Shown piece after piece: positions 1-9,054 of a DNA stretch of 64,000 nt. The translations under genes were made by a program, and so were the position numbers. Where the stretch lies: NCBI GenBank assembly GCA_038890745.1, contig JAWAFD010000005.1, positions 1 to 64,000 on the forward strand. Direction: 5' to 3'. Origin of the DNA: Candidatus Anstonellales archaeon. Lineage in GTDB: Archaea; Micrarchaeota; Micrarchaeia; Anstonellales; J096. Each line of letters starts with the position of its first letter. Position 1 is the stretch's first letter. Under the pieces are notes generated by a model, which saw only the letters and a program-made list of their open reading frames with translations, was not told the origin of the DNA and ran no database searches.

Positions 1-169
1 CCCCCTATCTTATACGAGCAAAAATTAGGGGGTATTACCCCCCGGGGGAAAGAAAGTTTAGAAATGCGAAAAGGGGCTTTGGGGATGTTATCCCCAAATG
101 AGTTTAAGAATAGCGAAGGGGGGCGAGGCGGAATAAGCGCCAGGGGGGTATTACCCCCCGAGGCTTATT
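1..169. repeat. Cluster of G-run/C-run hairpins (REP/MITE-like or structured RNA), truncated by the window edge
   Basis: GGGGGTATTACCCCCCG at 28-44 and 144-160; TTGGGGATGTTATCCCCAA at 80-98; AATAAGC/GCTTATT arms at 132-138 and 163-169; 1-23 is the reverse complement of 50535-50557. Confidence 0.6.
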
Positions 170-198
170 TTTAAAAAACTTCCTTGCGAGTAAAGTGC

Positions 199-639
199 AT
201 GCTTCCTGAAGCAAAGATGATTAGGGGAGAAATCGTGCTGAGAGAGATGTCTCTTACCAGCGATGTGAAGCTAACGAAAAAATCCCTTGTTAGATGGCTT
301 GCGCTTTCCCTTGGATTGATCTCACCAAAAGAGAGCAGGGATTCTCTTCTTGCTGTGCTTGAGGTTTTGATAAACGCGCATTTTGCAAACGAGCAGCTTA
401 CCACAAAGGAGATTCTTGATAGGGCAAGCTCCGAAAAACCTTTGGATGAAAAAACAGTTTACTATCATTTACAAAGGCTTGTTAATTCCGGGCTTGTTGG
501 GAGAAACAAAGGGGTGTATTATTTTGGCGATGGTTTGGAAAAGGACCTGGCAAAAATAATAAAAAATGTTTACACACAGAGATTTGATGCCGCATTCAAA
601 AACATAGAGGAAGCGGTAGAGAGTTTAAAACAGAAATAA
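199..639 (+). CDS. Winged-helix DNA-binding protein (putative transcription regulator)
   Basis: wHTH-like segment LTTKEILD...EKTVYYHLQRLVNSGLV...GVYY; ATG at 199 preferred to TTG at 184. Confidence 0.7.
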   Translation: MLPEAKMIRGEIVLREMSLTSDVKLTKKSLVRWLALSLGLISPKESRDSLLAVLEVLINAHFANEQLTTKEILDRASSEKPLDEKTVYYHLQRLVNSGLVGRNKGVYYFGDGLEKDLAKIIKNVYTQRFDAAFKNIEEAVESLKQK

Positions 640-651
640 AAAGGTGGGTAA

Positions 652-1896
652 ATGGAACTTTCAGGATTTTACAAACTTTCTGTTGAGGAAAGAATGACGA
701 AGATAAAGGAGGATGCAGGGCTCAGTGATGAGGAGGTTAGGGTACTTACAAATAGCGGGGCGCTCAGTTTAGAGATTGCGGACAGGATGGTTGAGAATGT
801 TATTGGCGTGGGTCATCTTCCGATCGGGATTGCAACGCATTTCAAAATAAACGGAAGAGAAACCCTTGTACCCATGGAGATAGAAGAGCCGAGCGTGATC
901 GCTGCTGCATCAAACGCTGCAAAGCTATGCCTCCCTGAAGGTTTTACAGCAAAGGCAGACGAGCCAATAATGATAGGCCAGGTTCAGTTTATTAGAGTAA
1001 AGAATGCAAAAGAATCGGTAAAAAGAATTCAAAGAGAAAAGAAAAAAATAATCGCAGCTGCCTCTGAGTTTACGAAACAGATAGAGAAATATGGAGGCGG
1101 AGTAAAAAATGTTTATGCGAAAAATTTCAGAACAAAAAGAGGGGAGATGATTGTTGTTTATTTTGACATTGATGTAAGGGATGCGATGGGTGCGAACACC
1201 ATAAACACTGCTCTGGAGGGTGTTTCCCCCTTTCTCGCGGAATACATAAATGGGGAGTATAAACTAAGAATACTCAGCAACCTTGCTGTGAAAAGGAAGG
1301 CTTATGCAGAAGCGGTTTGGAAAAAGGAAAATGTTGGAAAGGAGGTAGTTGAAGGGGTTTTGGATGCTTACGAGTTTGCAAAAGCAGATATTTTCAGAAC
1401 AGCAACACACAACAAAGGAATAATGAATGGGATAGATGCTGTTGCCTTAGCAACAGGGCAGGATTGGAGGGCTGTTGAAGCCGGGGCCCATGCTTATGCC
1501 GCACTAAACGGGTACAAGCCCTTAACCCATTATGAGAAAAACAAAAACGGGGATCTGGTTGGAAGGATAGAGCTTCCCCTTGCCGTGGGCACTGTTGGTG
1601 GAGCGATAAACACCTCTCCAACCGCAAAGATCTGCCTTAAAATTCTGGGTGTAAAGAGCGCGAAGGAGCTTGCGATGGTAATGGCGTGCGTAGGGCTTGC
1701 GAACAATTTTGCTGCGCTTAGAGCGCTTTCAACAGAAGGAATACAGAAAGGGCATATGAAATTGCACGCGCGAAACCTGGCCATAATCGCCGGTGCAAAA
1801 ACACCTGATGAGATAGATGCTGTTGCAAAAGCGCTTGCTGAGAAAAATGAGTACTCTGTGGAGGCTGCGAAGAAAGTTCTTGAGAGGATTAGATAA
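652..1896 (+). CDS. mvaA: Hydroxymethylglutaryl-CoA reductase, class II
   Basis: Motifs ENVIG, EEPSVIAAAS, DAMGAN, THNKGIMNGIDAV, GQDWRAVEA, GIQKGHMKLH. Confidence 0.95.
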   Translation: MELSGFYKLSVEERMTKIKEDAGLSDEEVRVLTNSGALSLEIADRMVENVIGVGHLPIGIATHFKINGRETLVPMEIEEPSVIAAASNAAKLCLPEGFTAKADEPIMIGQVQFIRVKNAKESVKRIQREKKKIIAAASEFTKQIEKYGGGVKNVYAKNFRTKRGEMIVVYFDIDVRDAMGANTINTALEGVSPFLAEYINGEYKLRILSNLAVKRKAYAEAVWKKENVGKEVVEGVLDAYEFAKADIFRTATHNKGIMNGIDAVALATGQDWRAVEAGAHAYAALNGYKPLTHYEKNKNGDLVGRIELPLAVGTVGGAINTSPTAKICLKILGVKSAKELAMVMACVGLANNFAALRALSTEGIQKGHMKLHARNLAIIAGAKTPDEIDAVAKALAEKNEYSVEAAKKVLERIR

Positions 1897-1935
1897 ATTT
1901 TTAAAATAAAAGGAAGAATGAATGTGGGGAGAAGG

Positions 1936-3384
1936 ATGCTCAACGAAGAAAAGTTTTATTATGGGTTGATTGCTCTTGTTGTTGTTTCCATGTTTCTGCT
2001 GTATGGACTAGACAGTATGGATGAGAGGGCTTTTGATTTTTTGAACTCTCTAAACATAAAAATTGATGTGATGTATGTGAAGACGATTTTCGTTGGAACT
2101 ATGCTTGCTTCAGCGCTCATTCTTTACTCCGCGCTAAGGAAAAAATATGAGCGGCTTGCCTCATTCATCGCAACAGCCGCGTTTGTTTTTTCTCCAATAG
2201 TTATTATTAACATCGCATACGCTCCCTTTCCGGCTTTTATCCTCTCCTCTCTCTTCCTCTCAATAGCAATCTACATTCTTCCCTCCCTCTCTGCGCTTGT
2301 TCCTTCTGCGATCGCGGTAGCAATTCTGCCATCCTCAGCAGCGGCATTGGCTCCACTTTTTCTTTACTATTATTTTAATACAAAAAAGAGAATATTCATA
2401 GCCCTGATGATTCTATGTCTCATACCGCTAGCCCTTGCTCTTCCAAAGAGCACAGCAGAGTATGACCTAAGATTGCTTGGCGCAACCCTTCCGCTTGGGG
2501 CGATTGCGCTTGCTGGCTTCCGGGTAAAAGACCTTAGGGATGAGGCCTACAGTTTCCTTCTCTCCCTTGCGCTCGCCTTCTCGCCAGCAGTTGTTTTTTC
2601 AATGGCATTTCTTTCTGCAAATGGCTTTCAGTCATTCATAAAAGAAAGCATAAGAAACACACGTTCTATGTGGGTGTCTCTTCTTTTCTTCTCTGGTCTT
2701 ATGCTCTCCTGGCCAAACATTGGCGCGGCTGTCGCGTTCGGAGCGCTTGGGATGATCGTTGTTGCCGTCTATCATTTCTCAATAAAAAATTTTCTCTACC
2801 CCATCGCAGCCGCGATAGTCCTCGCCTCTGCGCTTTTTTCAACCGCAGCGGCATATGAGCAAAAATCTGTTCTACTTTCTCTTCAGGTTCCAACAGGATA
2901 TGAAATAGAGCTTTTCAAAAACTGTCCGGATTGCAGCATAACCGCATTCCCCAATGCTTTTAAATACGCAACCGGAAGAGAGGCAACCATCATAAACCCA
3001 TTTGAAAATAACTGGAAAGGAAAGGTCATTCTTTCTGGAAAATCGCTCGATGCCGCAAGTAATAATGTTTACTATGTGCTTTCTTATAGAGGAAAGGAAA
3101 GTACACAAACAGGATGGACGTATGTTTTTGGAAATGAGAATTACATCCTTGTTTTTAATTCCGCCCAAGGAGGGATGGGGGACGGAGTGATGTACACAAA
3201 AAAAGGGTATTTTGAGGTTCCGTTTACAAAAATCTTCCTTCTACTAGAAAACAAAAGCCTGGAGGACCCAGCAAATAGGATAATTGTTGTACGGGGGATT
3301 GAAAACAGCATTCTTTATAATGCGCTCGTTAAAGGAAAGGTTTGGTACGAAAATGATGGGGGAAAAGTGGTGGTAGTAGAATGA
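1936..3384 (+). CDS. Multi-pass membrane protein with soluble C-terminal domain (possibly GT-C-like)
   Basis: Many hydrophobic helices; overlaps the start of the downstream GPT gene; no diagnostic motif recognised. Confidence 0.6.
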   Translation: MLNEEKFYYGLIALVVVSMFLLYGLDSMDERAFDFLNSLNIKIDVMYVKTIFVGTMLASALILYSALRKKYERLASFIATAAFVFSPIVIINIAYAPFPAFILSSLFLSIAIYILPSLSALVPSAIAVAILPSSAAALAPLFLYYYFNTKKRIFIALMILCLIPLALALPKSTAEYDLRLLGATLPLGAIALAGFRVKDLRDEAYSFLLSLALAFSPAVVFSMAFLSANGFQSFIKESIRNTRSMWVSLLFFSGLMLSWPNIGAAVAFGALGMIVVAVYHFSIKNFLYPIAAAIVLASALFSTAAAYEQKSVLLSLQVPTGYEIELFKNCPDCSITAFPNAFKYATGREATIINPFENNWKGKVILSGKSLDAASNNVYYVLSYRGKESTQTGWTYVFGNENYILVFNSAQGGMGDGVMYTKKGYFEVPFTKIFLLLENKSLEDPANRIIVVRGIENSILYNALVKGKVWYENDGGKVVVVE

Positions 3385-4358
3385 CCTCTTTTGCATACAT
3401 CCCTCTTTTCTTTTTCTCTTTATTCGTTTCCTACTTTCTAACCCTATACCTATCAAAAAAAATGAAAAGGGTTGGGATAACTGGAAAGGATATAAACAAA
3501 AAGGATAGACCAGAAGTTGCTGAGATGGGTGGAATTGGGTTTGTTGGTGCTTTTGTTGGAGGGGTTCTCCTTGCCCTAGCACTCTACACTTTTGGGATTA
3601 CTGCGTTGAACATAAATATTCTTTTTGTTGTTGCAGCACTTCTTTCCATCCTCTCTGTTTCTTACATGGGTATAGTTGATGACCTCATAAGCTTGCCTCA
3701 ATGGGCAAAGGCATTTCTCCCCCTCCTTGCAGCCGTTCCTCTTGTTGCGATGAGCGCAGCAGGAAGCACATCCATGACCATTCCATTTATAGGTGAGATT
3801 GATTTTGGATTGTTCTATATTTTTGTTCTCATTCCAATAGGATTGGCTGTTGCATCAAACCTTACGAATATGCTTGCCGGGTTTAATGGGTTGGAGGCAG
3901 GAATGGGAATTGTTATTTTTTCTGTGATGAGCTTAATCGCGCTTACCCATGGAAATGATGATATGGCTGTTCTGTTTGTTCCCATGCTCGGTGCTCTCAT
4001 CGGCTTCTTTTTTAACAACAAATTCCCTGCAAAGATATTCCCCGGGGATGTTGGGAACTTAGCGATAGGCGCAACCCTTGCTGCTGGCGTGATAATAGGA
4101 AACCTTGAATCCGCAGGAGCCATACTCATGATCCCGTATGTAATAGACTTTTTCATAAAGGCGTGGAATGGCTTCCCGAGTACAAAATGGTGGGGGGAAA
4201 TAAAAAACGGGAAGCTCTATCCGGTTGAGGGAAAGGTGAGGGGGTTTGCGCAACTGGTGATGAAAATTGCTGGTGGGATAAGCGAGAAAAATTTGGTTTT
4301 ATTCTTCATTCTTTTAGAAGGATTTTTTGCGTTGGTTGTTATTGCTCTATATCTTTAG
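3381..4358 (+). CDS. UDP-GlcNAc:polyprenyl-phosphate GlcNAc-1-P transferase (MraY/GPT family, AglH-like)
   Basis: GKDINK..VAEMGG, GIVDD, NLTNMLAGFNGLEAG, KIFPGDVG motifs. Confidence 0.9.
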   Translation: MTSFAYIPLFFFSLFVSYFLTLYLSKKMKRVGITGKDINKKDRPEVAEMGGIGFVGAFVGGVLLALALYTFGITALNINILFVVAALLSILSVSYMGIVDDLISLPQWAKAFLPLLAAVPLVAMSAAGSTSMTIPFIGEIDFGLFYIFVLIPIGLAVASNLTNMLAGFNGLEAGMGIVIFSVMSLIALTHGNDDMAVLFVPMLGALIGFFFNNKFPAKIFPGDVGNLAIGATLAAGVIIGNLESAGAILMIPYVIDFFIKAWNGFPSTKWWGEIKNGKLYPVEGKVRGFAQLVMKIAGGISEKNLVLFFILLEGFFALVVIALYL

Positions 4359-5046
4359 CGAAATTTATGGCGCTGAAAAGCTCGTTTGCTCTCTCGTAAT
4401 CCTGCACCCTTCCTATATCCATCCAAAAATCTGTTGAGATGAAGGCGTTTATTCTTTCTTTGGACTTGAGCATTCTTGGGAGAACATCCTTTGCAAAATC
4501 CTCATTCTCATTTATGTATCTAAAAGCCTCCTTGCTGAAAACATAGTTTGCCGTGTTTATGTAGTTTGTGAAGATTGGTTTTTCTACAAACTCAACAACC
4601 CTTCCGTTTTCTACCTTTCCAACGCCGTACTCAAGAATTTTTTTCTGCTCAACAAAAGCAACTGTTGCAAGCGCCCCGGTTTTCTTATGGCTTTCTATCA
4701 TCTTCCTTATGTTCATGTTTGTAAGCTGGTCCCCCATCACAACAACAAAATCCCCATCTATTTTGTTTTTGTATGGGAGGATTGAACCAGCAGTGTTTCT
4801 TGGCTTCTCCTCAATAAGGTATTCTATTTTTACGCCAAACCTCTTTCCATTCCCAAAATATTCCTTTATAGGCTCGTACTTATACCCGACAGTAAACACA
4901 AGCTCATCCAGTCCGTTTTTTATAAGATTTCTCACAACATATTCAAGGATTGGCTTGTTCCCAACCGGAAGCATGGATTTGGGAAGCATGTAGGTATAAG
5001 GCCTTAACCTCGTTCCTTCCCCTCCACACAAAACAAAACACTTCAT
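4339..5046 (-). CDS. Sugar-phosphate nucleotidyltransferase (NTP_transferase family)
   Basis: LCGGEGTRLRP..PKSMLPVGNKP, FVEKP, WMDIG. Confidence 0.9.
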   Translation of the reverse strand: MKCFVLCGGEGTRLRPYTYMLPKSMLPVGNKPILEYVVRNLIKNGLDELVFTVGYKYEPIKEYFGNGKRFGVKIEYLIEEKPRNTAGSILPYKNKIDGDFVVVMGDQLTNMNIRKMIESHKKTGALATVAFVEQKKILEYGVGKVENGRVVEFVEKPIFTNYINTANYVFSKEAFRYINENEDFAKDVLPRMLKSKERINAFISTDFWMDIGRVQDYERANELFSAINFAKDIEQ

Positions 5047-5651
5047 ACTAACACCCCCAGCAACCCGCCTACAAATGCACCGGCAAGGTTGCTCGTTTCT
5101 TTTGTTCCAAAACCCCTTTCCTCAAATGCACCCGCAACGCTGTCTGCAAAGCATCCAACAAAACCAAAAAAAGCAAGCTTTAACGCAACTACAGAAGAGA
5201 GCGAAAAGATTGCCATGGCGGTGAGTGCTGTGAGGGATGCGCCCGCAAAGCTTGCAAGAAACCCCAGCGCGCTCACAGCCCCGCTTGTTCCCGGCTTTAC
5301 TTTTTTCAGCGTGAATACATCATATGGATTTCCACCGAATATCCCAAGCTCAGAGCTGAACTTGTCTGCGGTTATCGCGGCTACAGAAGAGATGAATGGG
5401 TATGGACCGAGAACTGGTGAAAGAACCGCGAACACTGTTGGAAAAAATCCATTTGAGAGGACATTCTTCCAACCCCGTTCGTAGTCGTACACGCCCATCT
5501 CTTTCTTGTTGTAGTAGTCATATCTCGTAACGAATATGGAGAATGCGAGGAAAGCAATGAGAAGAAAAAGTTTCTCAGCCCCCCCGAAAATGTAAACTAT
5601 GACACCGATTATAAAGGCAGCAACTATTCCTTTTATATCGAGCATCAGCAT
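5043..5651 (-). CDS. DUF92 family membrane protein
   Basis: RGWKNVLSNG, ADKFSSELG, PGTSGAVS.LG, ADSVAGA motifs. Confidence 0.85.
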   Translation of the reverse strand: MLMLDIKGIVAAFIIGVIVYIFGGAEKLFLLIAFLAFSIFVTRYDYYNKKEMGVYDYERGWKNVLSNGFFPTVFAVLSPVLGPYPFISSVAAITADKFSSELGIFGGNPYDVFTLKKVKPGTSGAVSALGFLASFAGASLTALTAMAIFSLSSVVALKLAFFGFVGCFADSVAGAFEERGFGTKETSNLAGAFVGGLLGVLV

Positions 5652-6619
5652 TCCTTCTCACCTATGTGGACCTCATTTCCTTCAATCTTTATCTCATTCT
5701 CAACAAACATTTTTATAATATACGCATTCGTTCTTGCATGCTCTGTAATCATGGTTGTTTTATATCTCATTCCACCTGCAAGCGAACCATAAACCATCAG
5801 CTGGTCAGCCAAGTGCCGGTCCACCTCAGCATCCTTTTCCAATATATCCTCCAAAACTTCCTTCGCAACTTCTTCAGCGCGTTTTCCTTTCTCCCCAACC
5901 GAGCTTCCACCAACAAACCCCCTCCATGCAGTAACCGCATTCCCGGTGTTTGGGACCTTATCTTCGATTATGGAAACATCCTCAAACCCATGCTCAAAGA
6001 ATATCTTTTTCTCCCGGATTGCAACGTGCATGGGTAGGTTTGCTATTCTTATTACTGCTTTCACGTGTTTTTCAGTTGGCCAAGATTCTGTTTTTTTCGG
6101 CATGGAGGGTTTGACGAATAGCATGGCCTTTCCTCCTCCCTCTGGGTAATAACCCGGAATAATAAGCTTTCCTCCTACCTCCACACCCATATAATTCAAT
6201 GCTTTCAAAAAAACGTTCTCAAAATACTCCCATGTGGGGCTTCTTTTCACATGCGTTCCACCGATCGCAACAACCTCGGATGGTTTGTTTGCATAAAGGA
6301 GAACAGGAAGGATCGCCTGAAAAAGGAGTGTGATGGAGCCGGCTGTTCCTATGTTAAACTCATACCTCCCTCCAACTATCTGACCTGGTTTAAACCTTAA
6401 CTCTTTGCTTCCCAAGAAATCCCCTTCCAGCTCCCCCCGGCATATTTTTCGTATCGCCCTTGCAACGGTAAGGTGCTGGTTTTTCAAACCCGGTGGGGTT
6501 CTGTTTGCCCTTATATTTTTTACTCTCACCTCTTTCTGCGTTATGGAGGCAAGCGAAAGGGCTGTTCTTAAAATCTGCCCTCCTCCCTCACCATAGCTTC
6601 CATCTATCTCAACAGCCAT
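5645..6619 (-). CDS. rtcA: RNA 3'-terminal phosphate cyclase
   Basis: IDGSYGEGGGQILRTALSL, IRANR..PGLKNQH, GYYPEGGG, VDRHLADQL, TEHARTN. Confidence 0.95.
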   Translation of the reverse strand: MAVEIDGSYGEGGGQILRTALSLASITQKEVRVKNIRANRTPPGLKNQHLTVARAIRKICRGELEGDFLGSKELRFKPGQIVGGRYEFNIGTAGSITLLFQAILPVLLYANKPSEVVAIGGTHVKRSPTWEYFENVFLKALNYMGVEVGGKLIIPGYYPEGGGKAMLFVKPSMPKKTESWPTEKHVKAVIRIANLPMHVAIREKKIFFEHGFEDVSIIEDKVPNTGNAVTAWRGFVGGSSVGEKGKRAEEVAKEVLEDILEKDAEVDRHLADQLMVYGSLAGGMRYKTTMITEHARTNAYIIKMFVENEIKIEGNEVHIGEKEC

Positions 6620-6649
6620 ACAATTGCTTTAAAAAATATTAGTTAAAAA

Positions 6650-6862
6650 ATGTATGCGATGGACATATTCAAAAAACAGGCAATCCGTTTTCTGCTTATC
6701 ATACCAATATCAATAGTGGCAGCATTTTTGATATACTCAGATGATATGATGCAAAGGGCCATACTTTTTGTAATTCTTGTTATACTTGAAACGATAAGGG
6801 ATGTTCTAACCTGGAATGAGAAGATTTTGAAGTTTTGGACAGAAAAAGGCCAGCACCGTTAG
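6650..6862 (+). CDS. Small membrane protein (two TM helices)
   Basis: 70-aa ORF with two hydrophobic segments, divergent from rtcA. Confidence 0.55.
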   Translation: MYAMDIFKKQAIRFLLIIPISIVAAFLIYSDDMMQRAILFVILVILETIRDVLTWNEKILKFWTEKGQHR

Positions 6863-6870
6863 GTGCTGGC
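6849..6870. terminator. GC-rich hairpin; followed by a U-tract on the minus strand
   Basis: GCCAGCACC-GTTA-GGTGCTGGC 9-bp perfect stem; A-run at 6843-6847. Confidence 0.5.
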
Positions 6871-7008
6871 AAGGCGACCAGTTTCCTCCCCCTTTACACA
6901 GAAACCGCATTTAATTTTTTATTTGGGAAGCTATTTAAATGTATAGGTATTCTGTTATAAAAAATAAAAACTTAGGAAAACAAAAAAAGTAAAAGAAAAA
7001 TACTTAGC

Positions 7009-7260
7009 TCATCTTTTTTTGCCCTTTTTCTTTTTTCTCTTCCCGCCGCCCACCTTCATCTTTGCCATGTAAACATAGCCGTCTTTTCCTATGTAGTACA
7101 GGTAGCCCTCCTTTTTCGTTATTTTCTCAGTTCCCACTCTCTTTTTCCTTCCGCCCTTGTACGATTTCATCGGTGCTGCCCACACATAGCCGTCCTTTCC
7201 GATGTAGTAGAGGTATCCCTCTTCCCTTTTTATTTTTTCCTTTCCAATTTTTATTCCCAT
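7009..7260 (-). CDS. Small basic protein with internal duplication, Cc1-like chromatin protein
   Basis: Two copies of EKI..EGYLYYIGKDGYV..A.MK and a Lys-rich tail; resembles archaeal Cc1-type DNA-binding proteins (recalled similarity). Confidence 0.6.
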   Translation of the reverse strand: MGIKIGKEKIKREEGYLYYIGKDGYVWAAPMKSYKGGRKKRVGTEKITKKEGYLYYIGKDGYVYMAKMKVGGGKRKKKKGKKR

Positions 7261-7319
7261 TTAAATCCCCCAGAACATTTTCGTCGCTTTCTATTCGGAG
7301 GAAATGCTTTTAAACCTTC

Positions 7320-8477
7320 TCATAGCTTTGTCAGAAACTCAATCTCCTCCTCATCAAGCCGATAAAAATCAAGAAACTCTTCTTTGCTTTTTTTCGCAAT
7401 CTCCTTAAAAATCTCTGCCATCTCAGATGCACGTTTTGAGGAGAGATGCACCTTTCTTCCAAGTTTCAGAAAAACTGCTTTTCTCATTCTCCTTGCAATC
7501 ATTGTTTGGGTCATCTTTCTCATGTATGTTGGGTACTGATATTTTGTGAACTTTATGTATGGTTTCTCTTTTGCAAATCCGACCCCCGCAGACATAAGTG
7601 AAGTTGAGTAGCGAAGTAAATCCCAACACTGCCTTTTTATTATCCTACCATCAAAAACATCTGCCCTGCTAAGCCAGTTGTACGCAGAACCAACATCCCT
7701 CCTGCTCTCGTATTCTATTGGTATGTTTTGGTCTATCCAGAGTTTAAGAAGGTCGTGGTCAACATCCGCCATCCACACAACCCTTGCTATTTCCGAAAAG
7801 CTGCTCGATTTGAAGATTGTTTTCATAACTTCGAATATCTCCTTTTTCCTGTCCCTTTTTCCCTGCATCTTTATTTCCAAATCGTTAAGCGCGCTCCGTA
7901 CATCCCCTTCGCAATTTTTCGCTATTTCGTTTATTTCCTTTTCGCTTAGTCCTATTTTCTCCTTTTTTGAAATTTCTTTAAGAAATGAGGCAACGGCTCC
8001 AGGGGAGACTCTTTTCATCTCTAGTGCATGCACCTCTGTTCTAAGCGGCGCGATCTTCCTATCCCAATAGTTTTCCGCTGTAAGGATGACTGGCGCGTTC
8101 ACATGCTTTATTTGTAATGCCAGCTCAGTTACTCCTCCTCTATCCTCTTCTGCTGCCATCGCATCTACATCATCTATAAGAATAAGTTTTCCTTTTCCGA
8201 AAAGCTGGGAGGAGAGCATCGCTCCACCGACTATTCTCTCCATATTCGCCTTATCTCTCATCTCGCTTGCGTTTAGTTCTACGAGCTGGAGGTCGTGCTC
8301 TTCTGCGATTGCGAGAGCTAAGGATGTCTTACCTATTCCAGAAGGGCCCCATAGAAGGATTGGTTTCTGTTTCTCTCCTTTAAGCCATCTTAGAAGCCAT
8401 CTTACAACCTCTTGTTTAACATTGTCATTTCCGATAATTTCGCTAACCTTTCTTGGCCTGTACTTTGAAACAAGCAT
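7320..8477 (-). CDS. rfcL: Replication factor C large subunit
   Basis: KYRP, GPSGIGKT Walker A, ELNAS, LIDDVD, GDVRSALNDL; true ATG at 8477 because the ORF-track extension runs through tRNA-Asp. Confidence 0.92.
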   Translation of the reverse strand: MLVSKYRPRKVSEIIGNDNVKQEVVRWLLRWLKGEKQKPILLWGPSGIGKTSLALAIAEEHDLQLVELNASEMRDKANMERIVGGAMLSSQLFGKGKLILIDDVDAMAAEEDRGGVTELALQIKHVNAPVILTAENYWDRKIAPLRTEVHALEMKRVSPGAVASFLKEISKKEKIGLSEKEINEIAKNCEGDVRSALNDLEIKMQGKRDRKKEIFEVMKTIFKSSSFSEIARVVWMADVDHDLLKLWIDQNIPIEYESRRDVGSAYNWLSRADVFDGRIIKRQCWDLLRYSTSLMSAGVGFAKEKPYIKFTKYQYPTYMRKMTQTMIARRMRKAVFLKLGRKVHLSSKRASEMAEIFKEIAKKSKEEFLDFYRLDEEEIEFLTKL

Positions 8478-8478
8478 A

Positions 8479-8599
8479 CGCCCTGGCCGGGATTTCCGAA
8501 CCTTTTCCGCTGAAGCGCTTTTTGCCAGCAAGAAAGGGCTCTTCGAACCCGGGTCAACGGAGTGACAGTCCGTTATGCTAACCGTTACACCACCAGGGC
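8479..8599 (-). tRNA. tRNA-Asp(GTC) with ~49-nt intron in the T-loop (about 8494-8542)
   Basis: Acceptor GCCCTGG/CCAGGGC; anticodon arm ACGGA-CTGTCAC-TCCGT; T arm CCGGG-TTCGA[intron]AT-CCCGG; intron ends pair (GAGCCCTTTC/GAAAAGGTTC). Confidence 0.92.
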
Positions 8600-8625
8600 A
8601 GTAAAGGTTTTTTATTTTAAGAAAG

Positions 8626-9054
8626 TTATAAAAGCCTTCTCTTTTTAATTCGGCGCGTGGGCAGCGCTCTCTCTGCATAGTATCGCTTTATAAGATAGGC
8701 TGACATTTTTATGAATGCTATCAATCCTAACGCAAAGGCAAAAAATATTTCATACCTTGAAGCAAGAAGAAAGTAAAAGAGAAGGAATATTGCTGGAAGG
8801 TAGAAAAACTTTGCTGCTTCAGAAACCATATCCCCTTCCAAAAGTTTTTCCATTTCCTTTCTATGTTTTAGTGAAAGCGAAAGTTCTATTGTTTGAAAAA
8901 TCAGAAAAATAAAAAATATCCCACCAACAATAATGAAATTTTGTGAGGCAAAAACCAAAGCAAAAAAATAAACAATATCTGCTAGCCACACCACTGCCTT
9001 CGCAATATAGTAAGCTATCTCGCTAAAGTTTAAACCTCGCGTACTTACCACCAA
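8626..9054 (-). CDS. Hypothetical membrane protein (about four TM helices); start uncertain
   Basis: Hydrophobic ORF between enolase and tRNA-Asp, overlapping the enolase 3' end. Confidence 0.55.
   Translation of the reverse strand: MVVSTRGLNFSEIAYYIAKAVVWLADIVYFFALVFASQNFIIVGGIFFIFLIFQTIELSLSLKHRKEMEKLLEGDMVSEAAKFFYLPAIFLLFYFLLASRYEIFFAFALGLIAFIKMSAYLIKRYYAERALPTRRIKKRRLL

Noticed and set aside
8478..8678. ORF-track N-terminal extension of RFC-L
   Set aside because: It is a read-through of the tRNA-Asp gene; RFC-like sequence starts at MLVSKYRP (8477).
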